Below are positions 27,661 to 36,538 of a DNA stretch of 64,000 bases, piece by piece. Made by a program: the position numbers and the translations under genes. Below the pieces are notes generated by a model. The model was not told where the DNA came from. It did not search any database and worked only from the letters and a program-made list of their open reading frames with translations. The stretch is from Methanomassiliicoccaceae archaeon (GTDB lineage: Archaea; Thermoplasmatota; Thermoplasmata; Methanomassiliicoccales; Methanomethylophilaceae). The first letter of the stretch is position 1. The number at the start of each line of letters is the position of its first letter. The stretch spans positions 7,182-71,181 of the forward strand of contig PWJQ01000035.1 of assembly GCA_003560875.1 (NCBI GenBank), read 5' to 3'.

Positions 27661-29105
27661 GGAGCTCCGACCTGAGAGGCGTCTTCGCGCCTCTGGTAAC
27701 ACCCTTCGACGAAGGTCTGAAGGTCGACGACGAGCGGTTGCGTGGACATGTGAGATGGCTCATGGGCCGCGTCGAAGGCCTGGTCTGCACCTCGGACGTC
27801 GGGGAGTTCGTACATTTGACTGAGACTGAGAGGGTCGAGGTCTGGAGATCGGTGATGGATGAGGTGGACGGGCGGGTTCCAGTGATCGTCGGCAGCGGTT
27901 CGTCGAGCACCAAGGTGGCCAAGGAACTCACCCTCAAGGCCGCTGAGATGGGAGTCGATGCCGCCCTTGTGGTCGACCCCTACTTCTACCGCAGCAGCGG
28001 CAAGGAACGCTACGAGCACTTCCAGGCCCTGGACGCCCTTGGCCTCCCGTTGATAAACCACAACGTCTGCCGCTACACCGGTGCGGAGAGGGAATGGTGG
28101 ACCACCGAGGGCATAGCGGCCTTGGAGAATGTCATCGGCATATTGGATGCCACCGGGGACATGGCCTACACCGCCACCTTGACAGAGAAGGTGGACGACG
28201 CCGCGATTCTGGCGGGCAAGGACGAGGTGGCGGCGATGGCACTGGCACAAGGCTGCAGCGCCGCCGTACCGCCCACCGCCAACTTCATACCCGACCTGTG
28301 GTCGGAGATATATGCGGCGATAGGTGCCAACGACCTCGACTCTGCCCGTTCTTTGCAGATGAGGATACAGAAGACATGTCGCATATCCCACACCTGCCCC
28401 CACCATGTGGCCAAGGCCGCCCTGTGGATGATGGGGCGGGACATGGGACGACCTGCACCCCCGGCGCTGCCCGGCGACAACTTCCTGCATGAGGACTGGG
28501 ATGAGCTGCGCCATCAGTTAGCAGGGCTCGGATTGCTGGACACCAAGAAGGTTCGCATGACAGTCGGTGATGCGTCCTGGGACAGCACCGTGGCATCGAT
28601 ACCGCACACCCCTGACTCCGTCGACCTGCGGATGCTGATCGGCGAAGCCTATTCCGGTCCGTCGGCGCATGAGGCGGCACACGTTGACCTGCTCATCGGC
28701 AGCGACGATGGGCCGGTGGGGAGGGCCTACGACGCGTCGTTGCTAAATGACCGGGAGGGCAGGGTCAGGGAGCTGATGTCGATGCCCCGTTGCATGGTCG
28801 TGCCAACGGTGACAGCGAGGACGGCGAAGCAGAAGAGACATATGGAGCTGGCCTCCGCCGGGGTGGTCCAGGCGGTGGAGGAGGCGGTCGGTGACGGTTT
28901 CCTGCCCCGCGACATGCTGGACCGTATCCGCTTGATCGCCAACGTGTTCGTGCACCCCGGCGCTGCCAACGAGAGGCGCATCCGGGTGAACAACTACAAG
29001 GCCATGCGCAACGCCATAAGGAGGGCGGTGGAGGGAAGACCCCACGCCGAGGAACTGGTGTGGCTGAAGGACTCTGTGAGACACCCCACCCGCTACACGC
29101 CTTAA
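27657..29105 (+). CDS. DapA-family TIM barrel fused to Fae-like domain, copy 2 (catalytic Lys replaced by Leu)
   Basis: VTPFD, GEF.HL, PVIVGSG, ILDATGD; Fae part IGEA..G...EAAHVDLLIG..DGPVG.A, VFVHP.A, NNYKA...AIRRA; ATGA overlap with copy 1. Confidence 0.85.
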   Translation: MRSSDLRGVFAPLVTPFDEGLKVDDERLRGHVRWLMGRVEGLVCTSDVGEFVHLTETERVEVWRSVMDEVDGRVPVIVGSGSSSTKVAKELTLKAAEMGVDAALVVDPYFYRSSGKERYEHFQALDALGLPLINHNVCRYTGAEREWWTTEGIAALENVIGILDATGDMAYTATLTEKVDDAAILAGKDEVAAMALAQGCSAAVPPTANFIPDLWSEIYAAIGANDLDSARSLQMRIQKTCRISHTCPHHVAKAALWMMGRDMGRPAPPALPGDNFLHEDWDELRHQLAGLGLLDTKKVRMTVGDASWDSTVASIPHTPDSVDLRMLIGEAYSGPSAHEAAHVDLLIGSDDGPVGRAYDASLLNDREGRVRELMSMPRCMVVPTVTARTAKQKRHMELASAGVVQAVEEAVGDGFLPRDMLDRIRLIANVFVHPGAANERRIRVNNYKAMRNAIRRAVEGRPHAEELVWLKDSVRHPTRYTP

Positions 29106-29836
29106 TAGATGGGCTCGATGATGAACTTGCAGTAGTTGTAGGCGATACCGAAGCACTCGTTCTCCGAGATGCGGAAACGACGACCGGTCTTCTCCTCCAG
29201 TACGGCCTTGAAGACGCCTTCGTGGAACATGCACAGCTTATTGCCGGCCTCGGCGTTGGTCTCGTATTCGTCACGGATGATTATGGTTAGTGGCACGAAG
29301 GTGTAGACACATACCTCGCCCAGATCGTGCATCTCATAGAACTCCTGCAGTTCGGAGACGATGTTCTCCACATCGGTGGATTCCATCTGAGTGGAGAGGG
29401 CCTTACCGACCTCGCTGCCCACCTCGTACATGGCCGGGTCGATGGCCAGTCCGATGGCTTCCAATCCTATCAGTATCGAGCGCATCAGTCCTTTCAGGAA
29501 CGATGACGGTGTCCCGGCGGAATCCAGGACGGTCTGGTGCATGTACTCCATCATCTCCTCCGAGGGGTTCGTGGCCTTGGCCACCGGTTTGGAGGATAGG
29601 AAGAATATCTTACGGCGGTTGTCGGAGGGGTCGTCCCTTGAGAAGACCAGTTTCTCCTTCACCATCTTATCCAGATGAACTGACAAGGTGGATTGGGCCT
29701 TGCCGGTTATGTTCGCGATCTCCGTCAGGGACAGGTCCTTAACCTGCAGTTCGGCTAAAATCCTCTGCCGTACTGGGTTACATATCTGTTTCAAACCGGA
29801 ACTGGTCGAATAGATTTCGAATGCAGGATTGTCCAT
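29102..29836 (-). CDS. ArsR-type HTH plus V4R domain transcriptional regulator (MsvR-like)
   Basis: NPVRQRIL, GKAQSTLSVHL, D.RRK; C-terminal LCMFHEG...E.EC......C.F. Confidence 0.88.
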   Translation of the reverse strand: MDNPAFEIYSTSSGLKQICNPVRQRILAELQVKDLSLTEIANITGKAQSTLSVHLDKMVKEKLVFSRDDPSDNRRKIFFLSSKPVAKATNPSEEMMEYMHQTVLDSAGTPSSFLKGLMRSILIGLEAIGLAIDPAMYEVGSEVGKALSTQMESTDVENIVSELQEFYEMHDLGEVCVYTFVPLTIIIRDEYETNAEAGNKLCMFHEGVFKAVLEEKTGRRFRISENECFGIAYNYCKFIIEPIY

Positions 29837-29946
29837 GGGAGCAGAGGCCCATCGGGATGATTCCTAATTAAACTTCCCGTTTGAATTATCAGGCCGGGCC
29901 ATCATCTTAATCTACATTCGGGATTATTGTCTCAGCAGGGAGCGGT

Positions 29947-30948
29947 ATGAGGTTCAAGGACAACGGAGAGGTGAGAGATATCAGGGCCCTGTGGTTCGAG
30001 AACAACGAGCTGGTCATGATGGACCAGCGACTGTTGCCCCAGAAGGTTGTTTTTCTCCGATACAAGGAGCACACCGAGGTGGCCAAGGCCATAAGGGACA
30101 TGGTCACCCGCGGTGCCCCCTCGATAGGCGCCGCGGCGGCCTACGGGATGACCCTGGCGGCATTGAACGGTGTCGACCTCTCCGCTGCCGCCACCGCCCT
30201 CAAGGCCGCGAGGCCCACCGCCAACGACCTGTTCTACGCGGTGGACCATATGGCAGAGAGGATATCCTGCGGGGATGACCCGGTGCGGGTCGCCGACTCT
30301 TACGCCTCAGCGATCATAGACAACTGCACGGCGATAGGCGTCCATGGCGCACCGTTGATAAGGGACGGGTACACGGTGATGACCCACTGCAACGCCGGGG
30401 CCTTGGCCACGGTGGACGTGGGGACCGCCCTGGCCCCCATCCGTGCAGCATGGTCGGAGGGCCGGAGGTTCAAGGTTCTGGTATCAGAGACCAGACCCCG
30501 TCTCCAAGGCCTACAGCTCACCGCATGGGAACTTGTCCAGGAGGACATCGACCACGCGGTGATCGTCGACGGTGCCTCGGGCCACTTCATGCGCAAAGGT
30601 GTGGACATGGTCATCGTGGGGGCCGACCGCATCGTGGCCAACGGGGATTTCGCCAACAAGGTGGGCACTTATGAGAAAGCGGTCATCGCCAAGGAGCTGG
30701 GCGTACCGTTCTACGTCGCCGCACCCGTCTCCACCTTTGATTTCGAGACTGCGGGCGGTGATGAGATCGACATAGAGGAGCGGGACGGGGATGAGATCAG
30801 CACCATCGCGGGTGCGTCGGTGGCGCCGGCCGGGGTCCAGGTACTGAACCCGGCCTTCGATGTCACCCCCGCCCGCTATGTCACTGCTTACATAACCGAG
30901 AAGGGCATACTCAGGGCCGAGGACATCGATACCATGAGGAGGGAATGA
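29947..30948 (+). CDS. mtnA: S-methyl-5-thioribose-1-phosphate isomerase
   Basis: DQRLLP, M.TRGAP.IG, ARPTA, THCNAG.LAT, ETRP.LQG, GADR, ANKVGT, NPAFDVTP. Confidence 0.93.
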   Translation: MRFKDNGEVRDIRALWFENNELVMMDQRLLPQKVVFLRYKEHTEVAKAIRDMVTRGAPSIGAAAAYGMTLAALNGVDLSAAATALKAARPTANDLFYAVDHMAERISCGDDPVRVADSYASAIIDNCTAIGVHGAPLIRDGYTVMTHCNAGALATVDVGTALAPIRAAWSEGRRFKVLVSETRPRLQGLQLTAWELVQEDIDHAVIVDGASGHFMRKGVDMVIVGADRIVANGDFANKVGTYEKAVIAKELGVPFYVAAPVSTFDFETAGGDEIDIEERDGDEISTIAGASVAPAGVQVLNPAFDVTPARYVTAYITEKGILRAEDIDTMRRE

Positions 30949-30949
30949 G

Positions 30950-31558
30950 ATGGACGAACGTGGACATCGGGACGAATTGGCGAACATCTGCAAATTACTA
31001 TACGACCGCAACCTGACATTCTCCTCCGGCGGGAACATGAGCGTGAGGGTCGATCCAGAGCACATAGTGATCACCCCTTCTGGTAGGAACAAGGGCATGT
31101 TGCGCGGAGAGGATATGATCAAGGTCAACCTGGACGGCAAGGTGGTCGGTGAGGGGAGGCCGTCCATCGAGGTGGGGATGCACCTCATATACTACCGCAT
31201 GCGCGATGACGTCGGGGCCATCGTCCATTGCCATCCCCCTTACTGCACATCATTGGCCATCATGGGGGAGAGACTCAAGAGCAATCTGACCCCGGAGGGT
31301 GCTGTTCTTCTGGGAGAGGTGCCCATCGCACCATACGGGACGCCGGGCACCACCCACCTGGTGGACTCGGTGAAGGATCACGTTCACAGCGACTGCCTGA
31401 TAATGGAGAGGCACGGGGCGTTGGCGACGGGCGCCGACCTGATATCCGCCTACAACCGCATGGAGGAGTTGGAGTTCCACGCCCGACTGCAGTTCATCAT
31501 CGGCGACAGGGCCCGGGAGTTCGATGCCGAGGAGATCGAGAAAATAAAACAGGGATGA
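30950..31558 (+). CDS. Class II aldolase (FucA/MtnB/Ald2-like)
   Basis: GGN.S, ITPSG, PS.E..MH, VHCHP, ME.HG. Confidence 0.92.
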   Translation: MDERGHRDELANICKLLYDRNLTFSSGGNMSVRVDPEHIVITPSGRNKGMLRGEDMIKVNLDGKVVGEGRPSIEVGMHLIYYRMRDDVGAIVHCHPPYCTSLAIMGERLKSNLTPEGAVLLGEVPIAPYGTPGTTHLVDSVKDHVHSDCLIMERHGALATGADLISAYNRMEELEFHARLQFIIGDRAREFDAEEIEKIKQG

Positions 31559-31560
31559 CC

Positions 31561-32628
31561 ATGGCACAATACCTAGTCACCAAATGGTTCGGTTGTTTCC
31601 TCTGCGACGGGACGAAGATAATCGATAGTCGTGTGTTCGCTCCTGATGCCGAGGCGATCGCACAGAGATTGGCCAAGGTCCAGCGTGGAGAGGTGCTCAC
31701 GGAGGAGAAGGAACTCGTCGGTGAGCGGAGGGTGCGTGTCAGTGAGCAGCGTCAATCGCCCCTGGGGAAACCGGGGATGTTCGATTCATCTTTCATCGTC
31801 CCTGATGAGGATAGTCATGGACGCGAACTGATGCACGAGGTGATGATCGGGCTGGGGAGGTTGCGCACCAGCGAACCTCTCGCCAGGGACCGTAACCTGG
31901 TGCAGGCCATACGCGGCCTGGACGACCTAATCGAGACCTCCAACCTCATGAACGAGAGGTTGCATGAATGGTACGGCCTGCACTTCCCCGAGCTGGCGGA
32001 CCACGCTCGTGAGCGGAGGTACGCGTCCCTCATCGCCGAGCACGGTGAGCGGGAGGGCATCATGCAGGAGCTGTCACTGGACTTCGAGTCCATGGGCGCC
32101 GATATGGACCCGGAGGACATAGAGAGCATACGCGGTATGGCCGAGGGCCTGGTGCACATGTACGAGCGCCGGGCGGTCCTCGAGGCCTACATAGCCGCCA
32201 ACATCGAGCCGATAGCTCCCAACATGTGCGCCCTCCTGGGACCCAACCTGGCGGCCAGGATGATATCCTTGGCCGGAGGTTTGCAGAGATTGGCATCGCT
32301 GCCGGCGTCAACCTTACAGCTACTGGGGGCGGAGAAGGCGATGTTCCGCCATCTGCGTGACAAGAAGAAACCGCCCAAGCACGGCATCATCTTTCAGCAT
32401 CCCTCCGTCCATCGAGCGCCTTACTGGCAACGGGGCAACATTTCCCGGGCGCTGGCGGCCAAGGCCGTCATCGCCGCCCGTGTCGACCAGTACGGCGGGG
32501 AATACCGTGGCGACGACCTCGTGGAACAGTTCAACTCCCGCGTGGAGGACATCCGCAAGAGATATCCGCAACCTCCCAAGAAAGAGAGGACGCCAAAAGG
32601 ACCGAGACGCCGCCAGAGGCGTCGTTGA
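31561..32628 (+). CDS. nop5: C/D box RNP protein Nop5/Nop56
   Basis: ERL.EWY.LHFPE, APN...L.GP, PAST.Q.LGAEKA.FRHL, PPKHGIIFQHP. Confidence 0.95.
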   Translation: MAQYLVTKWFGCFLCDGTKIIDSRVFAPDAEAIAQRLAKVQRGEVLTEEKELVGERRVRVSEQRQSPLGKPGMFDSSFIVPDEDSHGRELMHEVMIGLGRLRTSEPLARDRNLVQAIRGLDDLIETSNLMNERLHEWYGLHFPELADHARERRYASLIAEHGEREGIMQELSLDFESMGADMDPEDIESIRGMAEGLVHMYERRAVLEAYIAANIEPIAPNMCALLGPNLAARMISLAGGLQRLASLPASTLQLLGAEKAMFRHLRDKKKPPKHGIIFQHPSVHRAPYWQRGNISRALAAKAVIAARVDQYGGEYRGDDLVEQFNSRVEDIRKRYPQPPKKERTPKGPRRRQRRR

Positions 32629-32695
32629 GGCCTCTGGTCCGTTCCGGTCATTAACAAAAATATTTAAACGATATGACGATAACAAAACGATTATC

Positions 32696-33073
32696 ATGTG
32701 GGAGCAGAAGGAAGTCTCGGAATTGAAAGTGAACAGGTACGTCAACATCGATGACGAACCTTGCAAGATCACCGGCATCAGCACCTCCAAGCCCGGCAAG
32801 CACGGCGGGGCGAAGGCCAGGATCGAAGGAGTAAGCATATTCTCCGGTTCGAAGAAGACACTGGTGTCCCCGGTCAAGGCCAAGGTCCAGGTCCCGATGA
32901 TAGACAAGCGTCGCGCCCAGATACTCTCGATAGTGAATAACGAGGTCCAGCTCATGGACCTTGAGACCTATGAGAACATCATCATACCCATACAGGACGA
33001 CGTGGAGTCAACGTTGGAGGAAGGCGGCGAGGTCATGTACATGATCGCCATGGGCCGCCAGCGTTTGATGTGA
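32696..33073 (+). CDS. eif5a: Translation factor aIF-5A
   Basis: SKPGKHGGAKAR hypusine site; QLMDLETYE. Confidence 0.97.
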   Translation: MWEQKEVSELKVNRYVNIDDEPCKITGISTSKPGKHGGAKARIEGVSIFSGSKKTLVSPVKAKVQVPMIDKRRAQILSIVNNEVQLMDLETYENIIIPIQDDVESTLEEGGEVMYMIAMGRQRLM

Positions 33074-33080
33074 TAGCCCC

Positions 33081-33929
33081 ATGATAAGAGGAGCGAGTTT
33101 CGCCGACTGTGAGCATTCCTTCGAGGATGCTGACTACGTCATAATGGGGATACCGTTCGACCGCACCACCTCCTTCCGGGCGGGGTGTCGGGATGCGCCT
33201 GATTCAGTGCGCCGTTCGTCCTACAACCTCGAGATGTACATGTTCGAACACGACCATGATATCGGCGACCTCAAACTCCACGACATGGGAGACCTCGACG
33301 ATTACGCCCTGGTAGACGAGATGGTGGAGGCCGCGTGGATAGAGGCCTCCCGGATCGTCGATGCGGGCAAGTTCCCCATAACCATCGGTGGCGAGCATTC
33401 GGTCACCGTTCCCATCGTAAAAGCGTTCAGCAAGGACATCTCCGTCATATCCGTCGACGCCCACACAGACTTCCGCGACGAGTACATGGGGATGAAGAAC
33501 AGTCATGCCTGCGTCATGAGACGCTGTGCCGACCATGTCGGTAAGGAGAACGTAGCCAGCCTCGGTGTGCGTTCCATATCGAAGGAGGAGGTCGATGTCG
33601 GCCTACCTTTCCATGTGGACTCCTTCAGCATTCTCGAGAAGGGGATGGAATGGGCCGCCGAGAGGACCCTGGAGCACCTCAAGAACGAGAAGGTGTATCT
33701 GACGGTGGACATCGACGGCATAGACCCCGCCTATGCACCTGGCACCGGGACTCCCGAGCCGTTCGGCGTCCTTCCCTTGCATGTCAAGAAACTGATAAAC
33801 ATCATAGGCGAACGCCTGGTCGGTTTCGATGTCGTGGAGGTCTCGCCCCCTTACGATAACGGCAACACCTCGGTCCTCGCCGCCCGTCTGATACGGGAAG
33901 CGATAGCGGTCAGCTCCAAGAAGAGGTGA
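33081..33929 (+). CDS. speB: Agmatinase
   Basis: GGEHS, DAHTD, DIDGIDPAYAPGTGTPEP. Confidence 0.95.
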   Translation: MIRGASFADCEHSFEDADYVIMGIPFDRTTSFRAGCRDAPDSVRRSSYNLEMYMFEHDHDIGDLKLHDMGDLDDYALVDEMVEAAWIEASRIVDAGKFPITIGGEHSVTVPIVKAFSKDISVISVDAHTDFRDEYMGMKNSHACVMRRCADHVGKENVASLGVRSISKEEVDVGLPFHVDSFSILEKGMEWAAERTLEHLKNEKVYLTVDIDGIDPAYAPGTGTPEPFGVLPLHVKKLINIIGERLVGFDVVEVSPPYDNGNTSVLAARLIREAIAVSSKKR

Positions 33930-33933
33930 ACCT

Positions 33934-34503
33934 TTGGACCTCGCCGTTCTCCTGAGCTCCTTCGGACTTGTGGGGATTGCGGAGTTGGGCGACAAGAGTA
34001 TGTTCGCGGTCATAGCGCTCGCCGCCCGCTACGGTCGCCGAGGGGTGTTCCTCGGTGCGGTCTCCGCTTTATTCCTTTTGACGGTGATCGCTGCCCTCCT
34101 GGGAGCAACGCTTTCCACCATCCTCGATGACTCCGTGATCGTCCCCTTGGCAGCACTGGTGTTCCTGGCCTTCGGCTCTTACATGCTGATCAGGAAGGCG
34201 GAGGTGGAGGAGGAGGCGCTCTTAACGAAGTCATCGAACGGATTCCTGGCCACCTTCTCGATGATAACGCTGATGGAGATGGGTGACAAGACCCAGATAG
34301 CCATCTTCGCCCTCGCCGCATCCACCGGGGACGCAACGGCGGTAATCGTGGGGGCGTCCTTGGCATTCATAATCATGGTCGCCATCGAGGTCTATCTCGG
34401 TCACCGCATAAGCGCCAGGATCTCACCGCAGACCATGCAGTCACTGGCAGGGGCGGTGTTCCTGGTCTTCGGATTGTTCTACCTTATACAATGGCTGCTC
34501 TGA
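33934..34503 (+). CDS. UPF0016/GDT1/TMEM165 cation transporter
   Basis: Two repeats ELGDKS and EMGDKT; TTG start. Confidence 0.92.
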   Translation: MDLAVLLSSFGLVGIAELGDKSMFAVIALAARYGRRGVFLGAVSALFLLTVIAALLGATLSTILDDSVIVPLAALVFLAFGSYMLIRKAEVEEEALLTKSSNGFLATFSMITLMEMGDKTQIAIFALAASTGDATAVIVGASLAFIIMVAIEVYLGHRISARISPQTMQSLAGAVFLVFGLFYLIQWLL

Positions 34504-35850
34504 TCAGCAGACCAGGTCCTCCAGCTGGGCGGATATCCTGTGCGCCCTCTCACTGGCCTTCGCCTTGTCCTTGGACTCCGAATACACACGGAATATCGGC
34601 TCGGTGCCGGAAGCGCGGATTAGCACCCATCCGTCATCGAACATTATCTTTATGCCGTCGGTGTCGTCCACCTTCTCATTGCGGAAGATCTCCTTGACCT
34701 TGTCCTGCAAGCCGGTCTTCGACTCGTTGGGACAGGCGAACTTCCGTTTCTCGGTGTGGTACACCGGTAACGCCTCCACCTGTTGCGACAGGGGACCGTG
34801 GCGCACCACGCTCTCCAGCACCTTGGCCAGGGTCATAGCACCGTCACGGCAGAACTGATGCTCCGGGAAGATGAGGCCGCCGTTCTCCTCGCCGCCGAAC
34901 AAGGCCCCGGTCACTATCATACGCCGGGCCACGATCGGTGAGCCGACCGCGGTGTAGTCTATCGTTCCGCCTTCGGCGATGACGACCTCCTCCACCATGG
35001 AGGAGGAGCTGACCGGCGTTACCACCGTTCCCTTGTTCTCTCTGAGCATCGCTTTGGAGACCAGTGCCAGACTCTTGTCACCCGGGAGATATCCGCCCTT
35101 CTCATCAACGAACACCGCCCGGTCGGCATCGCCGTCGAATGCGACACCGAGGTCGGCACCCACCGCCGTCACCAATGATAGGAGGTCACGGAGGTTCTCG
35201 GCGGTCGGTTCACTGGGATGGCCGGGGAACTTCCCCTGGGGGTCGGCGTTGATGGTCACCGCCCTAACACCCAATCTGTCCATGAGCATCGGCCCCACGG
35301 AGAAGGCCGCACCGTTGGCACAATCCATGACCACCGTCAGTCCCGCCTCGCGGATGGCGGCGGTATCCACGTGGGACATCACCGCTTCGAGGTACTCCTC
35401 CACGGCCTCGGAGACCGGGTGCACGGCACCGACCTCCTCCCAGGCGGCACAGGGGATTTGGGACCAGAACATCTCCTCGATCCCCATCTCCTTTTCACGG
35501 GGCATCTCGGTGCCGTCATGGTCGACGCACTTGATACCGTTGAACTGCGGCGGGTTGTGGGAGGCGGTGATCATCACCCCGCCCATCACCTCGGGGCGGT
35601 TCTTAACGTAGAATTGCAACACCGGCGTGGGCACCACGCCCAGATCCATCACTTCAACGCCGGCGGCGGTGAGGCCGGCGATGGTCGCCGATGAGATCAT
35701 GTGTCGGGACGTGCGGGTGTCGGTGGCTATGGCCACCTTGCCGCCCATGAACGTGCCTATTGCCTTGCCGAGTTGCAGGGCGAGGGGGGAGTTCATGTCC
35801 TCGTTGACGATGCCACGCACGCCGTTGGTGCCGAACAGCCTGTGGGTCAT
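34504..35850 (-). CDS. Phosphomannomutase/phosphoglucosamine mutase family (intact paralog)
   Basis: LFGTNGVRG, TASHNP, FDGDADR, GGEENG, RASGTEP. Confidence 0.95.
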   Translation of the reverse strand: MTHRLFGTNGVRGIVNEDMNSPLALQLGKAIGTFMGGKVAIATDTRTSRHMISSATIAGLTAAGVEVMDLGVVPTPVLQFYVKNRPEVMGGVMITASHNPPQFNGIKCVDHDGTEMPREKEMGIEEMFWSQIPCAAWEEVGAVHPVSEAVEEYLEAVMSHVDTAAIREAGLTVVMDCANGAAFSVGPMLMDRLGVRAVTINADPQGKFPGHPSEPTAENLRDLLSLVTAVGADLGVAFDGDADRAVFVDEKGGYLPGDKSLALVSKAMLRENKGTVVTPVSSSSMVEEVVIAEGGTIDYTAVGSPIVARRMIVTGALFGGEENGGLIFPEHQFCRDGAMTLAKVLESVVRHGPLSQQVEALPVYHTEKRKFACPNESKTGLQDKVKEIFRNEKVDDTDGIKIMFDDGWVLIRASGTEPIFRVYSESKDKAKASERAHRISAQLEDLVC

Positions 35851-35854
35851 GTTA

Positions 35855-36538
35855 TCAGTCCGTGCGTGCGGTTATGAGGATCTGTATGGTGTCCGCACAG
35901 TCCTTACAACGGTCGGCGGACTTCTCTATGGAGTCGAGGAGTCCCTTGGACATGATCGTCCCGCGGTGGTTCATGTCCGCCATCAGGATCTTCTTGAGTA
36001 TGGACACATTGAGCTCATCGATGACCCTCTCCTGGGACTTGATGTTCTGGATGCACTTCAGGGTGTCCTCCTCATCAGCGCCCAGTCTTTCCACCGCCCG
36101 CAGGAGCATCTTGGATGCCAGGGAGAGCTCGTTGGATATCGACCGCAGGGCCTCCCATATGTGGTTGGGTATCTCGATGGAGGCTTCTATGATCAGCTGA
36201 ACGTGGATGGCCCCTTCCATCGCCCAATCGGCGATGCGGTCCATCTTGCGGACCAGGTGCATGAGGTCCTCCCTCTCCCGAGGGTCTAGCTCGCCCTTGC
36301 TCAGCTTGAAGGCCAGACGGTCCTCTATCCTGTCCGCCTCCTTCTCACTGAGCACCAGACGGTTGATAGCGCCCATGGCGGTGTCGTCGTCCCCCTTGGA
36401 CATGGCGATTATGCTCCGCTCCAGCTCATTGACGGCATCTATTATGATTAGACCGTGCTCCCTCATGCCCTTGAGGACGAAATCCTCACGCCTCTTACCG
36501 AACCACTCCAACAGGGATTTTCCTTTCTTGTCACTCAA
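35855..36538 (-). CDS. DUF47 (PhoU-like) phosphate transport regulator family protein
   Basis: EKEADR, REDL..L...MD.IAD, E...D, E..AD...D..D pattern. Confidence 0.85.
   Translation of the reverse strand: MSDKKGKSLLEWFGKRREDFVLKGMREHGLIIIDAVNELERSIIAMSKGDDDTAMGAINRLVLSEKEADRIEDRLAFKLSKGELDPREREDLMHLVRKMDRIADWAMEGAIHVQLIIEASIEIPNHIWEALRSISNELSLASKMLLRAVERLGADEEDTLKCIQNIKSQERVIDELNVSILKKILMADMNHRGTIMSKGLLDSIEKSADRCKDCADTIQILITARTD

Noticed and set aside
31228..32628. 466-aa ORF suggesting an extended Nop5
   Set aside because: The extension is an alternative frame of the aldolase gene; the real start is about 31555-31561
32696..33929. aIF-5A next to agmatinase
   Set aside because: Well-known conserved archaeal synteny, not novel
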